Source of the DNA: Candidatus Izemoplasmatales bacterium
GTDB taxonomy: Bacteria > Bacillota_I > Bacilli_A > Izemoplasmatales > Hujiaoplasmataceae
Assembly: GCA_050949045.1 (NCBI GenBank)
Contig: JBMNEZ010000001.1
Span: 1,248,001 to 1,312,000, forward strand
Length of the DNA: 64,000 nucleotides
Direction: 5' to 3'
Shown: one piece after another, positions 22,784-31,809 of the stretch
How the letters are laid out: each line of letters opens with the position of its first letter
Position numbering within the stretch: position 1 is the stretch's first letter
Program-made: the position numbers and the translations under genes
Notes under the pieces: model-generated
The model's input: the letters and a program-made list of their open reading frames with translations, nothing else
The model's database searches: none
What the model was told of the DNA's origin: nothing

Positions 22784-23956
22784 TTGGAAGATTTATTCAT
22801 CTACGTTTGTCTGGGTATGATGACTTTGCTTTTTGTACTAAGCGGTGCCATCTATCGAAAAGTCCATATTTGGAAAGCGATTCTCTTAGTGGTGTTCGCG
22901 CTTGTCTATTTAGTCATCAAGTTTTTTCCTGACTGGCTTTCGTTTGTTTCCCTTGTCAAATTCAAAGAATATTACGGATATGCCCTATATCTTGGTAGCG
23001 TTGTTTTCGCAATTACTCTTAAACGCAAGATCAGAATCACACAGAATCTGACCGACTACGACTTTTTTGAATTAGAAAAGGAACTCGAAGAAACAAAATC
23101 GACTTCCGACTTGCTTAGGCAAAGGTATATTTCCACCATCAGATTGGTCAGGGAAGCATTGTTTTTCTATAATGAAGATCTCAATGGCCTGTTCGTTACC
23201 GACCAGTTTCTCGATATCACCAAAACAACCAAGCATGAGTATACACTTGAAGAATACACCGATATGATTCATGATGATGATCAGACCTCCTATCTCGGAA
23301 TCATCAAGAAAGCCAGCAAGAAAAACCCTAGTTATGAGATGAAATACCGGATCAAGGCGGGGACCGGATTCATCTGGATTGAAGAAAAGGGCCGCGTCTT
23401 TGAGTTTGACAAGAAACTTCATATCATCGCCGCGGTCAAACCCATCGACATCAAACTGTTTCCGGACACCTCGATCCATGAAATCGATTCGCTGCCCAAC
23501 GAACAGAATCTCCTCGCATATCTGATACAAATAATGAAAGAGCCGGAGCCTTTTTACCTGATCATGATCCAACTGACCAATATTCCCGACATCAACCAAC
23601 GGTTTGGCAGGGATGTGGGTAACCTGATGATCGCTGAGTATATCAAAAAAATGCGGTTCCATTTCGCAAAAGACATCAACAGTATTTTTCGAATCACCGG
23701 AATCCAATTCGCTCTGATCATCAAGGAACAGCGGAAGTACGATGTCCTCTACCGCGCTCTTCAAAGCGGAGGCGATCTCGTGAATTTGATGCTCAATATT
23801 GGCGGCATTCAACAGATCGTCTATCCCAATCTCGGCATCGTTCGCCATGAGCCTTGGTCCGAGTATTCGGTTTCGGAACTCAATAGTCTGGCAAATAAGA
23901 CATTGAGCGAGGCGATCCGGAATCAAAAACGCAATTACTCCATATACGGAGAATGA
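22784..23956 (+). CDS. Membrane PAS + degenerate GGDEF-domain protein
   Basis: Three TM helices, PAS/PAC (IHDDD...YEMKYRI...WIEEKG), GGDEF-like INQRFGRDVGN...FRITGIQF. Confidence 0.75.
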   Translation: MEDLFIYVCLGMMTLLFVLSGAIYRKVHIWKAILLVVFALVYLVIKFFPDWLSFVSLVKFKEYYGYALYLGSVVFAITLKRKIRITQNLTDYDFFELEKELEETKSTSDLLRQRYISTIRLVREALFFYNEDLNGLFVTDQFLDITKTTKHEYTLEEYTDMIHDDDQTSYLGIIKKASKKNPSYEMKYRIKAGTGFIWIEEKGRVFEFDKKLHIIAAVKPIDIKLFPDTSIHEIDSLPNEQNLLAYLIQIMKEPEPFYLIMIQLTNIPDINQRFGRDVGNLMIAEYIKKMRFHFAKDINSIFRITGIQFALIIKEQRKYDVLYRALQSGGDLVNLMLNIGGIQQIVYPNLGIVRHEPWSEYSVSELNSLANKTLSEAIRNQKRNYSIYGE

Positions 23957-23983
23957 TCTATTGATATTTATGATCGGAGACAT

Positions 23984-24637
23984 ATGATGTATCAAGCACT
24001 GATTGTCGCTGCCGGTTCAGGGTCGAGAAGCGGCCTCAGCTATAATAAGAATCTGTACCTTCTCAAAAACAAGCCAATGATTCTCTATAGTGTTGAAAGG
24101 TTTCTTGAGGACAAAGACTGTGAAGGTGTCATCATCGTCTGTTCTGAAAGCGATAAAGACAGTTTTTCACTGATTTTGGAAGACAAAGCCCGGCTTGTCA
24201 TCGGAGGAACGACCCGTCAAATCAGCGTATCTAATGGGTTGAACCACATACATTCCAAATACGTTCTAATTCATGACGGCGCCAGGCCCAATTTAAAAAA
24301 AAGTGCAATCGCCGCTATCAAAGCCCAACTTAGTCTGGTTGATGCCGCAACGCTCTGTGTTGTTGCTAAAGACGCTTTAGCGTCTGTAGGCAAAGGAATG
24401 ATCACCCATATCATCGATAGGGAGAGTACGGTACAGATTCAGACCCCACAAGGATTTCTTACCTCCAAGATCATCAAAGCGCATCAACTAGCGAAAGCGC
24501 ATAAACACAAATATCCCGATGACGCTTCGTTAATCTGGTCGGAACTAAAGGAGAAAGTCGCCGTCGTTCCCGGCGATTCAAATAACATCAAAGCCACAAC
24601 GGCTGATGACTTTGTAGTATTGGAGGCTTTACTATGA
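23984..24637 (+). CDS. ispD: 2-C-methyl-D-erythritol 4-phosphate cytidylyltransferase
   Basis: AAGSGSR, GGTTRQISV, IHDGARP, QTPQGF, NIKATT. Confidence 0.93.
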   Translation: MMYQALIVAAGSGSRSGLSYNKNLYLLKNKPMILYSVERFLEDKDCEGVIIVCSESDKDSFSLILEDKARLVIGGTTRQISVSNGLNHIHSKYVLIHDGARPNLKKSAIAAIKAQLSLVDAATLCVVAKDALASVGKGMITHIIDRESTVQIQTPQGFLTSKIIKAHQLAKAHKHKYPDDASLIWSELKEKVAVVPGDSNNIKATTADDFVVLEALL

Positions 24638-25125
24638 TCAGAATCGGTTTTTCCAAAGATATTCATCCGCTGGTTTCGGGAAGGCCGTTCATTCTCGGCG
24701 GCGTCGAGATTGAACACGACAAAGGCCCTATCGGTCATTCCGACGCCGATTGTCTGCTTCATGCCATTTCCGAATCGATCCTCGGAGCGCTTGCACTTGG
24801 TGATCTCGGGAAATACTTTCCCAACGAGAATCCAGAGTACGAGGGCTATGATTCAGCGTTGATCCTCAAAGAAGTTTTCACATATGTCAAGAACAAAGGC
24901 TATGAGATCCACAATCTTGATTGCATGGTTTCGCTCGAAAAACCAAAGCTAAGGCCTTATATTGACAAAATGCGGCAGCGGATCGCCGACATTTTGGAAA
25001 CCGACATCGACAAAATTTCGATCAAGACGACCACCTTTGAGGGACTCGGGATCGTCGGCGAAGAAAAAGCGATCATCTGCGAGGCGGTTGTCCTGCTTGA
25101 AAACGATATGCTTTTGATGCTCTAA
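24634..25125 (+). CDS. ispF: 2-C-methyl-D-erythritol 2,4-cyclodiphosphate synthase
   Basis: RIG...DIH, GHSDADCLLHA, GDLGKYFP. Confidence 0.95.
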   Translation: MIRIGFSKDIHPLVSGRPFILGGVEIEHDKGPIGHSDADCLLHAISESILGALALGDLGKYFPNENPEYEGYDSALILKEVFTYVKNKGYEIHNLDCMVSLEKPKLRPYIDKMRQRIADILETDIDKISIKTTTFEGLGIVGEEKAIICEAVVLLENDMLLML

Positions 25126-25143
25126 GGCCAGATGGCCTTTTTT
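25124..25143 (+). terminator. Intrinsic terminator after ispF
   Basis: aaggcc-agat-ggcctt followed by tttt. Confidence 0.6.
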
Positions 25144-25228
25144 CTTATACCAGAAAATCCAACAAGGGTTTTTACTTTATCTTTTCAGAGATTGTGATAC
25201 AATAAATAATGCAAGGAGTTGAGCCCCG

Positions 25229-25519
25229 ATGATTGAAATGATCGAAACCATCCACGGCGAGTTCGAACTAATCAAAAATTATCGTGATGCCTTCGTTTTG
25301 GACGACTTTAACAAGCGCTATACCGATATCTTTGACATTTACCCATATCTTGTCGGCGACTATTCGGCCGGCCTTTTGCGACTCAAGGGTTTTGCGATGA
25401 CAGGGCCGAACAGCTTCAAGTTCATTCCGGACTATTTATTGGAGTCTTGCCCGATGAACTGTGCTTTCTACATTCTTAAAAATCCCCATTTCAATTCCAA
25501 GAAAAATCGGGAAGAGTAA
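25229..25519 (+). CDS. yutD: YutD family protein (DUF1027)
   Basis: YLVGDYSAGLLRLKGF...DYLLESCPMNCAFYIL. Confidence 0.85.
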   Translation: MIEMIETIHGEFELIKNYRDAFVLDDFNKRYTDIFDIYPYLVGDYSAGLLRLKGFAMTGPNSFKFIPDYLLESCPMNCAFYILKNPHFNSKKNREE

Positions 25520-25530
25520 AGAAGGATAAT

Positions 25531-25767
25531 ATGACGCAGGAAGAAATCATCATTGAAATTAAAGAAATAATCAACTTGATTAGACCATATATCCGCCGTC
25601 ACGGCGGCGACATCGAATTTGTCAATTTCGAAGATGGAATCGTCTATGTCAAGATGTCGGGAGCCTGTATTGGCTGCCTTGGCTTTGAGAGCACGCTTAA
25701 GGAAATAGTCGAGGACACCATCCTTGAACGAATTCCCGGCGTGATCGGCGTTGAGCATATCTGGTAG
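25531..25767 (+). CDS. NifU-like Fe-S scaffold protein
   Basis: IRPYIRRHGGDIE...GACIGC. Confidence 0.9.
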   Translation: MTQEEIIIEIKEIINLIRPYIRRHGGDIEFVNFEDGIVYVKMSGACIGCLGFESTLKEIVEDTILERIPGVIGVEHIW

Positions 25768-25775
25768 GAGGATAT

Positions 25776-26264
25776 ATGAACGAGAAAAACATGAAAGAAC
25801 TATGTATCAAAATGATCGAAGAACGGGGTTGCAAGATTGACGACATCATCAAAATCGTCTATGATCTGCAAAAAAAGTATATACCCAATCTCCAATATGA
25901 CGTCTGCGGGGACGCAGTTGACAGGGTGCTCGGCAAACGGGATGTCCAGTACACAATACTTACAGGAATCGAACTCGATTATCTTGCCGAAAACGAAAAA
26001 CTCCGCGAGCCGCTCCAGTCGCTTGTCAACGACGACAATCCCCTTTTCGGCATCGATGAGATTCTTGTCCTTTCCATCTGCAATCTCTATGGGTCGATCG
26101 GGTTGACGAATTTCGGCTACGTCGACAAAGTCAAGCCCGGCATCATCGGCAAGCTTGACAAAGAAGGCAAGGAAACCAGCAAATGCCACACCTTTCTCGA
26201 TGATATCATCGGAGCCATCGCCGCCGCCGCGGCAAGTTCGGTAGCCCACAATTCCCATGATTGA
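25776..26264 (+). CDS. Phosphatidylglycerophosphatase A family (YutG-like)
   Basis: FGIDE, YGSIGLTNFGYVDKVKPGII, TFLDDIIGAIAAAA. Confidence 0.88.
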   Translation: MNEKNMKELCIKMIEERGCKIDDIIKIVYDLQKKYIPNLQYDVCGDAVDRVLGKRDVQYTILTGIELDYLAENEKLREPLQSLVNDDNPLFGIDEILVLSICNLYGSIGLTNFGYVDKVKPGIIGKLDKEGKETSKCHTFLDDIIGAIAAAAASSVAHNSHD

Positions 26265-26314
26265 TATTTCGTTTCCGGTTCGGATAACTCTCAGTTTTTT
26301 CAGGAGGTGGAACC

Positions 26315-26650
26315 ATGAAAGTCGGCGATATTGTCAAAGGACGTATCACCAACATCAAGCCCTATGGGGCGTTTGTCAGAATTGATGATGAAACCAACGG
26401 GCTGATCCATATTTCGGAGATAAGTGATCAATATGTGAGCAACATCGAAGATATCTTTAAGGTCGGCGAGATCGTCGAATTACAGGTCATCAAAATTACC
26501 GACGACAACAAAATCAGTCTGAGTCATCGCAGTGTTGCCCGAAAAAAAAGACAGAGATATCAGGAAGTCACACTCACCGAGGGGTTTAAACCTTTTGAAA
26601 AAAAGTTGTCGGAATGGATTGACAATTATCCCAAGAAAAAAGACGAATGA
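26315..26650 (+). CDS. S1 RNA-binding protein (YugI/GSP13-like)
   Basis: GDIVKGRITNIKPYGAFV...GLIHISEIS; upstream of pgi as in Bacilli. Confidence 0.88.
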   Translation: MKVGDIVKGRITNIKPYGAFVRIDDETNGLIHISEISDQYVSNIEDIFKVGEIVELQVIKITDDNKISLSHRSVARKKRQRYQEVTLTEGFKPFEKKLSEWIDNYPKKKDE

Positions 26651-26737
26651 CCTTTCGTCTATTTTATATATGATTAAATATATAAGTAGTTTTATTTCGG
26701 TTCATGATATAATCATTGGCGAACAAGGAGGAATCAG

Positions 26738-28090
26738 ATGGAAAAACATCTTAATTTAGACAGTTTTCATGCCATCGATTTTGTGGATAAACAAGAAATC
26801 GAGAACATCCAAACAGACATCACCAAGGCGAGGAAAATGCTGGAGAACAGAAACGGTCCCGGCGGCGAATTCACAGGTTGGCTAAACCTCCCCGATAAAT
26901 TCGACAAGGATGAACTCGATCAAATAATAGAGGCCGCAAAAAAAATCAGGAAACAATCGAAAATCCTGGTTGTGATCGGCATCGGCGGTTCATATCTCGG
27001 AGCCAAGGCCGCTATCGAGATGCTCTCGTCCTATTTCACCAAGAAAAGACGCCTTGAAGTCATTTTTGCCGGGCACAATATGTCCGCACAGTATTTATCC
27101 GAACTGACCGACTACCTTCAGGGCAAGGATTTTTCAATCAATGTCATCTCCAAATCCGGAATGACGACGGAGCCGGCGATCGCTTTCAGGGTATTGAAAA
27201 AACTAATTGAAAAGAAATACGGTCATGAAGCCAAAAACCGCATCTACGTCACGACAGACCCTAAAAAGGGAGAGCTCAGAAATATAGCAATCAAGGAAGG
27301 CTATGAAACATTTGTCATTCCGAGCGATATCGGCGGCCGTTACAGCGTCTTGACGGCGGCGGGGCTGTTGCCGATTGCGGCTGCCGGTTTCAATATCAAA
27401 CAGATTATTCGAGGGGCTAAAGCCTCACGCAGAGCTTATAAGAAAATGGGGATTTGGGAAAACGATGCCCATCTTTATGCCGCACTCAGAAACCTGCTTT
27501 ACAGAAAAGGCTATCAAATCGAAATGCTCATCAATTATGAACCGAAACTGCTAAGTTTCTCCGAATGGTGGAAACAACTGTTTGCCGAATCGGAAGGAAA
27601 GGATCATAAAGGCCTTTTCACCGCCTCTGCCAGTTTCTCAACCGATCTTCATTCCCTCGGACAATACATCCAAGACGGAAAGAGGATCTTGTTTGAGACA
27701 GTCATTCAGATCGAAAAATCAAAGTCGGATATCATAATCGAGCCCAACGCGGAGAACCTCGAAGAACTTAATTATCTCAAAGGGCTAAGCCTTGATTTTA
27801 TTAATAAAAAAGCATTTCAGGGAACACTGATCGCCCATGAAATAGGAAAAGTGCCCAATCTGGTGATCACGATTCCCGAGATAAATGAATATTTAGTTGG
27901 TTATCTATTCTATTATTTTCAACTTGCCTGTGCTGTAAGCGGCTATGTCCTTGAGGTCAATCCCTTCGACCAACCCGGAGTCGATGCTTACAAAAACAAC
28001 ATGTATGCTTTACTGGGGAAACCCGGATATGAAAAATTAAGAAGTGAATTAGAAAACAAACTAGCAAAAAAGAACAATCACCAAGGTTGA
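26738..28090 (+). CDS. pgi: Glucose-6-phosphate isomerase
   Basis: GIGGSYLG, ISKSG.TTEP, GGRYSVLT, ESEGK, NPFDQPGV. Confidence 0.97.
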   Translation: MEKHLNLDSFHAIDFVDKQEIENIQTDITKARKMLENRNGPGGEFTGWLNLPDKFDKDELDQIIEAAKKIRKQSKILVVIGIGGSYLGAKAAIEMLSSYFTKKRRLEVIFAGHNMSAQYLSELTDYLQGKDFSINVISKSGMTTEPAIAFRVLKKLIEKKYGHEAKNRIYVTTDPKKGELRNIAIKEGYETFVIPSDIGGRYSVLTAAGLLPIAAAGFNIKQIIRGAKASRRAYKKMGIWENDAHLYAALRNLLYRKGYQIEMLINYEPKLLSFSEWWKQLFAESEGKDHKGLFTASASFSTDLHSLGQYIQDGKRILFETVIQIEKSKSDIIIEPNAENLEELNYLKGLSLDFINKKAFQGTLIAHEIGKVPNLVITIPEINEYLVGYLFYYFQLACAVSGYVLEVNPFDQPGVDAYKNNMYALLGKPGYEKLRSELENKLAKKNNHQG

Positions 28091-28244
28091 CAAAACCAGA
28101 ATACGATTAATATAAAAAGACGCCTCCATTAACAAAACAGGAGACGTCTTCTTTATGTTTCAGGGAGAAATTAACGATAGAGATCAATTGCTTATCAATG
28201 CAATATCAGTGTCTGATGATTGAAATCCATTTCAAAAAACGGTT

Positions 28245-29123
28245 TTATTTTGCTTTAAACGATTTGAGTAGAGCACGCTTGTTAAAGGCAATGAATTCTC
28301 GAGAGAACAAATGACTGACGGAAAACTCAGTTACATTTTCCAAAACCTCGCCATCGGCTTGAAAGAAACGCGATTTGGAACTTTTGACCTGGATTTCTTT
28401 TCCTTTAAGCACAGTTACCCATTTGCGAAGACCGGTATGAAGACCTGGATAAATCGACAGAAACAAAACCTGCAATAATAATTTATTAAGATTGTGAATC
28501 ACGCAGATTGTGAAATCCGTCGCTTCAATGTCGGCTTCTGGGGCTACTTTCATGCCGCCACCAAAATATTTGCCATTTTGAACAGCAGTGAAGAAACAGT
28601 CACGATAATGCGCACTAACGCCATCAACGATAACGTCCATTTCGGCAGGTTCGAAATTTGCCGTTGCTTTGAAGACATTTTTAAAATAGGCCAATTTATT
28701 TTTTTTCTTGTCGTTATTCACGTAATGGCATACAGAAGCATCAAAACCGACACCGCAACCATTGATGAATTTGATATCACCGGAATCAGTTTTGGCTACG
28801 CCAATGGTCACGTTTGCCCTGCCTAGGCGTTTTAGACTTCTCAAAAAATCATTTCCCGACCCGCTTTTAGCGAGATAAATGTTTTGCTTGATCTTGCTTA
28901 CGTCGACATTATTTATCAAGTAGTTGATTGATCCATCCCCGCCCAAATAGAGAATATCAGTCAGTTTCGGGTTGTTGTCGAGATATTTGTTGAGGTTATC
29001 AAATTTCAAGGACGACCGTAAAACGAACGGAAGATGGTGACGCTTAAAGAACTTGACGATTTTGTTGGTCATTTTCTTTGATTTTTTGTTGTTTGACAAA
29101 GGATTATGTACGATTAAAAACAT
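28245..29123 (-). CDS. Second diacylglycerol/lipid kinase family protein
   Basis: HNPLS, GGDGS, GSGNDF, NGKYFGGG, QADGE. Confidence 0.85.
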   Translation of the reverse strand: MFLIVHNPLSNNKKSKKMTNKIVKFFKRHHLPFVLRSSLKFDNLNKYLDNNPKLTDILYLGGDGSINYLINNVDVSKIKQNIYLAKSGSGNDFLRSLKRLGRANVTIGVAKTDSGDIKFINGCGVGFDASVCHYVNNDKKKNKLAYFKNVFKATANFEPAEMDVIVDGVSAHYRDCFFTAVQNGKYFGGGMKVAPEADIEATDFTICVIHNLNKLLLQVLFLSIYPGLHTGLRKWVTVLKGKEIQVKSSKSRFFQADGEVLENVTEFSVSHLFSREFIAFNKRALLKSFKAK

Positions 29124-29318
29124 AAGTAAACAAATACTATGACAAGCGTAACAATTAATTTGTCATACTCCTTTAAAATATTATAGCATAGGTTTAGCTA
29201 ATGAGTCACCTATTTTCAAAGATTTGGCGGTTTTTGATCATGGTAAATACAGGATATCTTCTTCTTGACCAGGGATTTGCTTTTTGTGTTATAATTTTGT
29301 ATGGATTGGATGATAAAG

Positions 29319-29780
29319 ATGGAGACAACAGTGATAATCAGTTCGCTGGAACAGATGGATCTATTAGCCAGAGAAATCGCTATTCACCTTGAAAGGGGCG
29401 ATGTAATCGGCCTTGAAGGCGATCTTGGCAGCGGCAAGACAACATTCGCCAAGTTTCTGGCCAAGCATTTGGGGGTTAGAGACAATGTCAATTCGCCGAC
29501 TTTCACGCTTCTTAAGGTATATCAAGGCAGAATGCCTTTTTATCATATTGATGTCTATCGCCTTGAGGACATTGGCTACGATTATGAACTTGAAGAGTTC
29601 ATCTACAATGAGGGGATCAGCGTTATTGAGTGGTATCCTTTCATCAAAAAAATAATGCCAGAGATGTTTTTGTATCTGAAACTCGAATTTTTAGATGAGA
29701 CAACGCGGAGAGTCACGGTTGGAGGAAATGGTAAATATGCGAAAATCGTGGAAACAATTGGCAATCGACACGGCAACTAA
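29319..29780 (+). CDS. tsaE: t6A biosynthesis ATPase TsaE
   Basis: GDLGSGKTT, SPTFTL, HIDVYRL, IEW. Confidence 0.95.
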   Translation: METTVIISSLEQMDLLAREIAIHLERGDVIGLEGDLGSGKTTFAKFLAKHLGVRDNVNSPTFTLLKVYQGRMPFYHIDVYRLEDIGYDYELEEFIYNEGISVIEWYPFIKKIMPEMFLYLKLEFLDETTRRVTVGGNGKYAKIVETIGNRHGN

Positions 29781-30345
29781 ATACGTATACTTGAGCTTAG
29801 TGATCGATTCCAAGGAAGTCGACTGCATTTATGAAGAAGGATTTAACAATCATTCGGTCACGGTTATTCCCCATTTGGCGGAAATGCTGAAACGTGAGAA
29901 AATTGAGTTGACCGATATCGATGAACTGATCGTGGGGGTTGGACCAGGAAGTTATACCGGTGTCAGGATAGCTGTAACTATTGCCAAAATGATCGGTTAT
30001 CTGAACAAGATCACCATAAAGAAAGTTTCCTCCTTGGCGCTGATGGCCTCAAGCGTTTCGTCGGGATTTGTTCTGGCAGGCATCGATGCTCGGAGAGGCA
30101 ACGCCTTCCTTGGCTTATTTGAAGTCACAGACCAAAGTGTGATTCGTAAAAAAACAGACTGTCTCGAAAACCTTGAGGAATATCTGAAAAATCTCGATCT
30201 GAAACCGAAATTAGTTTTTGAAGGACGGCCCAATATTGAAAAGATCATTGTCAGCGATTTACTTGAGACTGTGGCTGATCCGGCAACCTTAGTTCCCAAT
30301 TACCTTCAAGTAACTGAGGCGGAAAGAAACAAATGTCAGAACTAA
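29737..30345 (+). CDS. tsaB: t6A biosynthesis protein TsaB
   Basis: LAIDTA, GPGSYTGVRI, IDARR. Confidence 0.93.
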   Translation: MRKSWKQLAIDTATKYVYLSLVIDSKEVDCIYEEGFNNHSVTVIPHLAEMLKREKIELTDIDELIVGVGPGSYTGVRIAVTIAKMIGYLNKITIKKVSSLALMASSVSSGFVLAGIDARRGNAFLGLFEVTDQSVIRKKTDCLENLEEYLKNLDLKPKLVFEGRPNIEKIIVSDLLETVADPATLVPNYLQVTEAERNKCQN

Positions 30346-30788
30346 ATGTCATTTTTCGGCCGATGCTTCCAAAAGACGCCGCCGCCGTCGAAAAACTTGA
30401 TCTTGAGATTCTTAAAACCTCAGTTGGCAAGGAAGCTCTAATCAACGAACTCAATCATAATCCATTGGCTCATTACTTTGTTCTCGAAGAACAAACCGGC
30501 CCCGACTTAATTGGGCACATTGGGCTCTGGATTGATGATAAAAACGCACAGATTCTCAACTTTTATGTCAAACCGGATTTTCAAGGAAAAGGCTTCGGTG
30601 AAACGATCATTCAAAACACGATCGCGTACTTGCGTTTTCAGGGATGTGAGAATGTGACACTTGAAGTAAGACCATCAAATGCAAAAGCGCTCGCTCTCTA
30701 TGGAAAACACGGTTTTGAAAGGGTTGCCACAAGGGCAAACTATTATGATAACGGCGAAGACGCCATCCTGATGTTGATGAAACTGTAG
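30333..30788 (+). CDS. rimI: Ribosomal-protein-alanine N-acetyltransferase RimI
   Basis: TLEVRPSN..A..LY...GF...R.NYY...EDAILM; lies between tsaB and tsaD. Confidence 0.9.
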   Translation: MSELNVIFRPMLPKDAAAVEKLDLEILKTSVGKEALINELNHNPLAHYFVLEEQTGPDLIGHIGLWIDDKNAQILNFYVKPDFQGKGFGETIIQNTIAYLRFQGCENVTLEVRPSNAKALALYGKHGFERVATRANYYDNGEDAILMLMKL

Positions 30789-30802
30789 AAACGGGGAATA
30801 AC

Positions 30803-31795
30803 ATGATTGTCATGGGTGTCGAGACCAGTTGTGACGAAACCAGCGTCAGTCTTGTCGAAGACGGAAAAAGGGTTTTGGCAAACGAAGTCTTGAGTCAAAT
30901 CGATATCCACAAAGAATACGGTGGCGTTGTTCCGGAGATTGCTTCTAGGGAACATGTCAAAGGGATTGTATTCGTTTTCGACCAAGCGATGAAGAAGGCC
31001 GGTATAAGTTATCGGGATATTGATCTTATTTCGGTGACTTCGGGACCAGGCTTGATCGGGTCGCTCCTGATCGGTATCAACGCCGCCAAAGTCATCAGCC
31101 TCAATTACAAAATTCCCATTATCGGAATCCAGCATATCACCGGGCATATCTATGCCAGTAATATTGAGCATGACATGGAATTTCCGCTGCTTGCGCTTGT
31201 CGTTTCCGGAGGACACACCGAACTCGTGTTGATGAAAGAGCACTTTGAGTTCATCAAGCTCGGCGAAACCCAAGACGATGCAGTTGGTGAGGCCTATGAC
31301 AAAATTGCCAGAATTCTTGGTCTTTCCTATCCCGGAGGACCCGAAATTGACAAACTGGCCGAGCAGGGGAAAGACACCTTCCTATTTCCGCGGCCGATGA
31401 TCGATTCCGGCGATTTAAATTTCAGTTTTTCAGGTTTGAAATCGCATGTTATCAATGCTTATCACAACAAATGCCAAAAAAATGAAGTTATTAATATTGC
31501 TGATTTCTGCCATAGTTTTCAAGAAGCAATCAACGATGTGTTGGTGAAGAAGACAAACGATGCCAGAAAACTTCATCAAGTCAAACAAATTATCGTGACC
31601 GGCGGTGTCGCCGCCAACAAAGGCCTCCGCGACAAGATGAGAAAGACAATCACCGATATTCCAGTTTATTTCCCAAGTTGTAAATACTGCACTGACAACG
31701 CGGCGATGATCGCTGTGGCTGGATATTTCAAATTTATCAAAAACAACAAAACCGATGATTACCTGTTGAACGGGTTTTCACGACTAGAGTATTAG
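30803..31795 (+). CDS. tsaD: tRNA threonylcarbamoyltransferase TsaD
   Basis: ETSCDETS, GGVVPEIASREH, VSGGHT, FSFSGLK, TDNAAMI. Confidence 0.97.
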   Translation: MIVMGVETSCDETSVSLVEDGKRVLANEVLSQIDIHKEYGGVVPEIASREHVKGIVFVFDQAMKKAGISYRDIDLISVTSGPGLIGSLLIGINAAKVISLNYKIPIIGIQHITGHIYASNIEHDMEFPLLALVVSGGHTELVLMKEHFEFIKLGETQDDAVGEAYDKIARILGLSYPGGPEIDKLAEQGKDTFLFPRPMIDSGDLNFSFSGLKSHVINAYHNKCQKNEVINIADFCHSFQEAINDVLVKKTNDARKLHQVKQIIVTGGVAANKGLRDKMRKTITDIPVYFPSCKYCTDNAAMIAVAGYFKFIKNNKTDDYLLNGFSRLEY

Positions 31796-31809
31796 TAGGA
31801 GAGATCGAT

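Noticed and set aside
23072..23995. 307-aa antisense ORF
   Set aside because: Shadow of the PAS-GGDEF gene with no recognisable motifs.
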